A stretch of DNA of 63,397 bases, the filler included, from Trichomonas gallinae (lineage: Eukaryota): the NCBI GenBank assembly GCA_008369845.1. It is 10 parts of 10 records of this genome, joined end to end, with 100 filler letters (N's around TTAATTAATTAA, not from the genome) between each part and the next. Parts side by side here need not be neighbours in the genome. Positions count along the whole stretch, not along the records: positions 55,452 to 58,972 come from MRSU01001445.1; positions 59,073 to 63,397 come from MRSU01001451.1; 8 more parts are not named here. One strand, given 5' to 3'. Of this stretch, positions 57,453 to 63,397 are shown piece by piece (position 1 is the stretch's first letter; every line of letters starts with the position of its first letter). Position numbers and translations under genes: made by a program. The notes beneath the pieces were generated by a model. It saw only the letters and a program-made list of their open reading frames with translations, made no database searches and was not told the DNA's origin.

Positions 57453-58510
57453 TTATTACATCATAATGCTCATTTCTGCATTAATTAATTAACAGACAGA
57501 AAGTTTTTTTAAAAAATATACTTTATGGCATTTGCCGTCAAATGACATCATCCAATTTTTTTCGATCTTATTATGAATAAAACAAATAACAAGAAAACAA
57601 AAGAACATAAACAGTCAAAATGCAACGCTTTTCAAAAGATAAAATATGAATAAATTCAAAATTAATTTTCATGTTAGACTGCTTTGTATTGTTTATTATA
57701 GCGTAGTTTATGAGTCTAATAATAAAATAAAGACGTAGATAAAAAGATAAATTCTTGAACTATAATTATTCATGTAGAAACAAGTTTTATCTGGGAAACT
57801 AAATACTTTGCGGTTAACCCATAAAGATGCAGAGATTACTGGATCATTATTGGATAGTTTTAATTTCAATTTCTGTAAAACCTATGGAAAAACACCAGTC
57901 ACGGCCACCTGGACAAGATTATATGATCTAACAAGACCTCTCCAAGGGCAACTTGTAAAGTCTCGTTTTGCAAAGTATTTAATAGAACGGAATCCATCGA
58001 CTTTGTAGGGTTTATTATCACAGTCTTTCTTTAGATCATATAGTGGATTGTTATACTGTGTCCAGAAGTTGTAAAGGTTTATCAGAACTTCTGTGGAAAT
58101 CACTCAAATTAACTAGGATAGAGTATATATATGGATCATTAACAGAATATTCAGCCATATGATTATATCATTTAAATTAAAATTCTTTAGTGTGTTGATG
58201 TAATGCTCGTTAAAAATTCAAATTTTGGAATTTTTTCCTCGGTGATTATCTTCAATGTCAAAGTCATCAAATAAGAAGATTTTAGACGATTCGCATATAG
58301 TTTCATAATAAAGCTTATGTGCAAGTTATAACTAATTCCTCTCTAAATCTAATTTCATTATCGCGAAGAATGCGCAATTTTCTCTTCAATGATAAATGCT
58401 GAATCTCTTTCAACTTATATGACCTCATTCAAATAAATTGACAAAGAAAAATGACTTTTATTATTGAAATTGATTCAGACTCTAACAATACATTCAATAA
58501 TAGAAAATTT

Positions 58511-58972
58511 TTATAAAATTATTATGATAATTTCTAAAATATTAAATGAAAACAAGCTATACACACAGTTGTTAACCATACAAGTCGGAATAATGAAATT
58601 TGGATAAAATCCTCCAAAGAAATAAAGACGAGATAAAGTAAGAATATTTTCGTTATGACTATCGAATGATGTGGCCTGTATTTTGAATTTATTATATATA
58701 TTTGGATATTGACAAGTAAAATTCTGCATAATATTATAACCATCGGCTGGATCACGATTAAAATCAGCATTTTTTCGTGAATCGATTAGCCTCCAACTAT
58801 TGATTCCTTTCATACCGTATAAATCCCAAGAAGTTGGATTTCGAAAATCATTAGGTTTATTCTTACGTATATAAAATGAATATGAGGTCAAATTAATATA
58901 TGAATTCTTCATGTTGACTATTATGTAAGGAAAATCGTCTTGCCCTCCAGTAAGAAATCTTCCGAAATCGTA
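58511..58972 (-). CDS. F5/8 type C (discoidin-like) domain protein, 3' part after gap
   Basis: INLTSYSF..PTSWDLYG...WRLIDSR...FKIQAT...LSRLYFFG and a hydrophobic tail. Confidence 0.6.
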   Translation of the reverse strand, partial: YDFGRFLTGGQDDFPYIIVNMKNSYINLTSYSFYIRKNKPNDFRNPTSWDLYGMKGINSWRLIDSRKNADFNRDPADGYNIMQNFTCQYPNIYNKFKIQATSFDSHNENILTLSRLYFFGGFYPNFIIPTCMVNNCVYSLFSFNILEIIIIIL

Positions 58973-59072
58973 NNNNNNNNNNNNNNNNNNNNNNNNNNNN
59001 NNNNNNNNNNNNNNNNTTAATTAATTAANNNNNNNNNNNNNNNNNNNNNNNNNNNNNNNNNNNNNNNNNNNN
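58973..59072. other. Artificial contig spacer
   Basis: N44-TTAATTAATTAA-N44. Confidence 0.98.
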
Positions 59073-59151
59073 ATAAGTTTAAAGCTTGTAAGTTTAGCCA
59101 ATTCAGAGTTATGAGGGCAACAAAAAATGAGGGGGGTTAGGGCATCCTTAA
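59073..59151 (-). mobile_element. Possible Kolobok-like terminus (CC-TTAA) at contig start
   Basis: GGGGGGTTAGGGCATCC|TTAA, followed by a duplicated CTTAAGAAGGAAATTT (59147, 59172). Confidence 0.35.
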
Positions 59152-59946
59152 GAAGGAAATTTTTAAAAATTCTTAAGAAGGAAATTTAATGTTTTCTCAA
59201 AAATAAGGTAATTCAATGCATTTGATATTATCCAGCATTCTAGATAGTCTTATTATGAAAAATATTTGTTGTATTATATCCAAAATCAATTTATTATAAT
59301 ATATCTAGAAAACTTAAATTAAATCTCGCACTAATATATGATTTCACAAATTATATATTGTTACATACCAATATTGATGATGATCTCAATGTCTCTATGG
59401 AGAAATAAGCTTTACATCCAAAAAATTTAATCTCAAAACCAGATCGTATAAAATTATTTATAGAGTCCTAATCACATACATTTCCTAAAACCAGGGAATT
59501 AAGCATTTTAACAAGTTTAATTAATTTCATCAAATTTTTTTTGTAGGAATATGAATAATTTTTATAGTCTTTTTATTATTTCGTGGATGTATTAATGCTA
59601 TTTCCAGTATAGTTATTGAAAAGTAAAGTGAACAATATTAAGTTTTGTATTTTTCATGCATTAAACTATATTTAGCAGCTTCAGCGGAATTATTTGATGA
59701 CACAAAAAGGGTTTGCGTCATCCAATAAGTTAAAAAATGATTTTAGCCGTGGTCATGCGAAAAAATCCAAAAATCTGATTTGTAAAATTGTCACTTTTGA
59801 AATAAAACAAACAAAATATGAAATCAAAAGTGAAATGGTGGTTCTATAAACCGAAGCCTCACAAAGCCGCGACCGCAAGAATTTAAAAGAGAAATTATAT
59901 GTATTGTGAAAAACCGATTTTTTAAAACCACTTTTTACTAAAAAAA

Positions 59947-60543
59947 ATGGCATCCGAACCAAAAGAACTTAAAATCGTCCTTGTCGGACATACAAATGTC
60001 GGAAAGACATGCATTGTCCGCCAAGCTACAACAGGCGTTTTCAGCGAGGATAGCGCACCAACACTCGGCGCATCTTACGTTTCCAAATTAGCAAACGTTA
60101 ACGGCACAGAAGTTCGCCTTCAAATTTGGGATACAGCTGGCCAAGAAAGATATAAGGGCATGACTCCAATGTATTATCGCGGTGCACAGACAGCTTTAAT
60201 TGTTTATTCTGTTACAGATTCCGAATCTTTCGAATCCGTTGACGGATGGTTAAACTCCCTCCGCGAAAACGCTGAGCCAGATATCACATTATTCCTTCTT
60301 GCAAATAAGTGTGATTGCGATAGTGACCGTACAGTTACAACAGAACAAGGCCAGGAAAAGGCCCGCTCAATGGGAGCTCATTTCTACGAAGTTTCCGCTA
60401 AGACAGGTCAAAATATTGAAGACGTCTTCACAGATATTCCAAAATACTTCCTTGAAAATCAGTCACCTGACACACTTGATAAGGGATCTGGTGGCGTTTC
60501 TCTTGACCGCCCAACCGCTCAGAAGAAGAAGGGATGCTGCTAA
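59947..60543 (+). CDS. Rab GTPase (Rab5-related group)
   Basis: GHTNVGKT, PTLGASY, IWDTAGQE, PMYYRGA, NKCD, EVSAK and C-terminal CC. Confidence 0.95.
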   Translation: MASEPKELKIVLVGHTNVGKTCIVRQATTGVFSEDSAPTLGASYVSKLANVNGTEVRLQIWDTAGQERYKGMTPMYYRGAQTALIVYSVTDSESFESVDGWLNSLRENAEPDITLFLLANKCDCDSDRTVTTEQGQEKARSMGAHFYEVSAKTGQNIEDVFTDIPKYFLENQSPDTLDKGSGGVSLDRPTAQKKKGCC

Positions 60544-60636
60544 AAAACGTTTTGAATTTTTTTTATAGTTAGGGTAAAAATTATTTCTAAATAACCTTAT
60601 TCATATAACCTTATTTCCAAATAACCTTATTTCAAT

Positions 60637-61830
60637 ATGATTGATTCTGATAACGAATCTAGCTCAAGCAGCTCTGATGTTCAGTTCAAAGATGACTTAT
60701 CGACGACTGCCGGTTATTCCATTGATGACCTTGTCGCTTTAAGAGAAAAAGAGTCAGAAGAAACAGAAAATGATAAGAGTGAATCAACAGATAAAACAGA
60801 TATAACGAAAATTGGCTTCGAAGCACCATTTAAGATACCAGATATAATAGAAAATGATCCTTCTATCTTCAATTTAACAGATAATCCGTTTCCTTATGAA
60901 GCATTCGATTATATTCGATATAAACAGATATCTAGTGCTATTATTAATCCATTAGAACCATGGAAGCGATTGGCACTAGAAAATTATGTAGAAAATATGA
61001 AACCAGATCAAAATACTTTTTATTCAATAATTCATGATCTAATCAACACAAAATCTGATCAGTTAGGCTACATATTAGTCAAGTACAGTGAAAATTTTAC
61101 AGAATCATCTCTAGATTTTGCTATATTTTTACGTTTATTCCACGATGCTTCTGAGCAAGCGCCAGAGATGTTGTTCTTCATACTAGGTGCTGTTACGCCA
61201 GAAATTTTCGTTGCTCAAACAGATGAAGCCAAAGTTCAGGTAGTTCATGATTTAATTTTGTTAAACTTTGCTTCTTTATTAACACCAAAGGCGATTACGC
61301 ACTGTGGAGCATACCATTCACTTGTAAAACTCCGCCATTTGTTTAATCTTGCAAGTTTCGCAAGTTCGATTATTGATGATCTTGCTGATGTTTTAGTTAA
61401 TCTTTGCCAAACTACAAATAAGGAAAATATTTCGTTAATTACGTCATATTTACCACTTAACGGTTTCGGAAGTGATATAATGATTTCTGCTGGTGTTAGA
61501 ATCATTTGGATCTTAATTCCAAACGAGCATGAGAAGTCATTAGAATGGCTGTCTGTTATATTGCATGAACTTAAGAATATGTGCAATTCAGATCCGATTT
61601 CGGCCTCAGCAGTTGTTTCACTAGTTGAATCCACTGTAGCAGCTGCTATAAAGGCAGGAGAGATAGACCAAGAGATCGTTAAAAATATTATCGAAGCAAT
61701 GAAGTTTAATATTCCATGTACAGATCCAGGAATGTTAACAATGTTGAAAGAGCAACTGCAGGTTACAAGAACGCAATTGGAACTCCTTATGAAATCAAAT
61801 TTCATCATTTCATCGCAGACTTACGAATAG
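60637..61830 (+). CDS. Hypothetical helical-repeat protein
   Basis: 397-aa intact ORF with an acidic N-terminus. Confidence 0.75.
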   Translation: MIDSDNESSSSSSDVQFKDDLSTTAGYSIDDLVALREKESEETENDKSESTDKTDITKIGFEAPFKIPDIIENDPSIFNLTDNPFPYEAFDYIRYKQISSAIINPLEPWKRLALENYVENMKPDQNTFYSIIHDLINTKSDQLGYILVKYSENFTESSLDFAIFLRLFHDASEQAPEMLFFILGAVTPEIFVAQTDEAKVQVVHDLILLNFASLLTPKAITHCGAYHSLVKLRHLFNLASFASSIIDDLADVLVNLCQTTNKENISLITSYLPLNGFGSDIMISAGVRIIWILIPNEHEKSLEWLSVILHELKNMCNSDPISASAVVSLVESTVAAAIKAGEIDQEIVKNIIEAMKFNIPCTDPGMLTMLKEQLQVTRTQLELLMKSNFIISSQTYE

Positions 61831-62300
61831 AGCTTTTTTGTTTTATATTAAATATTAGAGTGTTATATTTATTTGAAATTCATAACCATAATAGCACAGA
61901 ATTGAAGTTCTTACAGATATTAAAAAATATAAAAAAGTTAGATTCTATTTAAATGTGTACCTATATATGGAGTTTGGGTCAATTTTGGAAGCTTCATCTC
62001 CATTTCTATTCCTAGTGTAGATAGAGTCTCAAATCATAGATATTGTTATGTAAAGATGTATTCAAATAATTTGCATCATTGACATATAAACTATTAAATA
62101 TGGTGTGTAAATAGTATAATGTCATGTAAATTTTAGTAATTTTGACGTATAAAGTTGAAAAATGACACATAAATCATTCAATTATATATAATTATGACAT
62201 ATAAAGTTTGAAAATGACGCATAAATAATTCAATTATATTTGATTTTGACATATAAAATTGAAATTTGTCACTTTTAATATCAACGAATTTTTCCTATAA

Positions 62301-63056
62301 ATGATTTCTGGTGGATATCGACCGTACACACCAGGGACAAGGCAGTTGATATCGCACGGTTATAAAGGCGGCAACAATGAATATAGCGTCCCAATGAAAC
62401 TAGCAGATGAAATTGGCGTTTTAAAACGTGAAAAACAAAATTTAATTCAAGAAAAAAGCTTATTAAAAGCAAAAATTGCTCGCCTTACCAATAGAGTTAA
62501 GAAACCACAGAGTTTGGCGACAAATTCGGCTGTTCAAAATTCTTTAGAAAAAGAACTTCGTCAGATTGAACAGACAACAGCAAATTACAGATCAGAAATA
62601 GCACTAATTAAACAATCCGATAGAGCAGCACTTATTGATGAACTCCAAGAAGAATGTTTAATGCTTCATATGGAATTAATCAGAATGAAAAGCTTGAAAT
62701 CGAAAGCTGATAAAGAAAATAAGGAATTATCTAAACTTCTCGCTGAAAAACAAGTCGAATATTCAAGAGATGTCTTGAACAGACAAAAGAAAGAAATAAA
62801 TTCTTTGCAAAAAGAAATTGCATTACAAAAATCACGAAATGATATCATAGCAGAAAAAGTTCAAAAACGAGAAATCGCAAAAGATCAACCAGATGAAAGA
62901 GTTAGAGTTATATTATCTACAATTAACGATATTGATAGAAAAATCAAAGACGAAGAGGATGAAACCGAGAAAATCAAAGAAGAAATCAAAAGATTGCATG
63001 AAGAACAAAATGATCGAATTAAATTGCTCGAAGATCGTCTTAAATCACTTAGTTGA
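62301..63056 (+). CDS. Coiled-coil protein, possibly IQCE-like
   Basis: LADEIGVLKREK..LKAKIARL and IDELQEECLMLHMELIRM resemble the IQCE N-terminal coiled coil (recalled from memory, not searched). Confidence 0.6.
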   Translation: MISGGYRPYTPGTRQLISHGYKGGNNEYSVPMKLADEIGVLKREKQNLIQEKSLLKAKIARLTNRVKKPQSLATNSAVQNSLEKELRQIEQTTANYRSEIALIKQSDRAALIDELQEECLMLHMELIRMKSLKSKADKENKELSKLLAEKQVEYSRDVLNRQKKEINSLQKEIALQKSRNDIIAEKVQKREIAKDQPDERVRVILSTINDIDRKIKDEEDETEKIKEEIKRLHEEQNDRIKLLEDRLKSLS

Positions 63057-63397
63057 TCAATATCAGCTAGGTTTTGTGTTTGTAAACATGTTTATTAGGT
63101 TAATTTTCTAATTTTTATATTTAAAATGATTTGAGAGTTTCTATACAGCTAAATAAGGGAAATTAAGATATAAATATATTATAGTGCTTCTATTGACTTT
63201 AAATACAACGCATTGTGATAAACAAAAATAAAAATTGAAAATTAAACAAATAAAATTCAGGCTTTGCAGAGTAATAGAACATTGCGTTTTTCACATATAT
63301 TCTTATACCGAGAATACAGATGTAAACGATAGACTAAATTGAGTCGAGGAAAAAATCCGAGTATGAAATTGAGACTCGCTCGCATTCGCTCGGTGTA

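Noticed and set aside
46640..57473. In-frame TAG/TAA codons suggesting stop-codon reassignment
   Set aside because: Conserved genes here end normally at TAA, TAG and TGA, and the affected loci or their neighbouring copies also carry frameshifts or truncations, so pseudogenisation is the simpler explanation.
57700..58103. 73-aa minus-strand ORF that continues past a TAG
   Set aside because: Possibly a decayed gene, but no recognisable family motif supports a call.
18403..59072. Repeated TTAATTAATTAA palindromes flanked by Ns
   Set aside because: Identical 100-bp artificial six-frame-stop linkers. Not biological; gene adjacency across them cannot be trusted.

Overview
AT-rich eukaryotic DNA that reads as a trichomonad (Trichomonas vaginalis or a close relative). 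The support is intronless genes, Inr (TCAYT/TCAC) and CCTTT core-promoter motifs just upstream of ATGs, stop codons forming the TAAA poly(A) signal, and typical expanded families. The window is not contiguous: it is ten contigs joined by nine artificial 100-bp spacers (44 N + TTAATTAATTAA + 44 N). Recognisable genes: RPL10 (3' end), Old Yellow Enzyme, HxxxDG acyltransferase-like protein, CAMK-like kinase, metacaspase, GT8-like protein, MFS sugar porter, E2F/DP factor, queuine tRNA-ribosyltransferase, WDR93-like, 3-RRM protein, RPL3 (5' end), bromodomain protein, NADP glutamate dehydrogenase, CARMIL-like LRR protein, Pro-rich LIM protein and a Rab GTPase. There are also several decaying pseudogenes and probable transposon ends at contig edges. 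The most striking unexplained feature is an intergenic ~420-nt cluster (42758-43174) of six near-contiguous, sequence-unrelated hairpins of 57-70 nt. Their G-U pairs favour a + strand RNA, and the layout resembles a polycistronic small-RNA (pri-miRNA-like) precursor. A second unexplained signal is a TGWCATGTAAA motif that recurs in multi-copy arrays upstream of several unrelated genes. All homology calls come from reading motifs; no database search was run.
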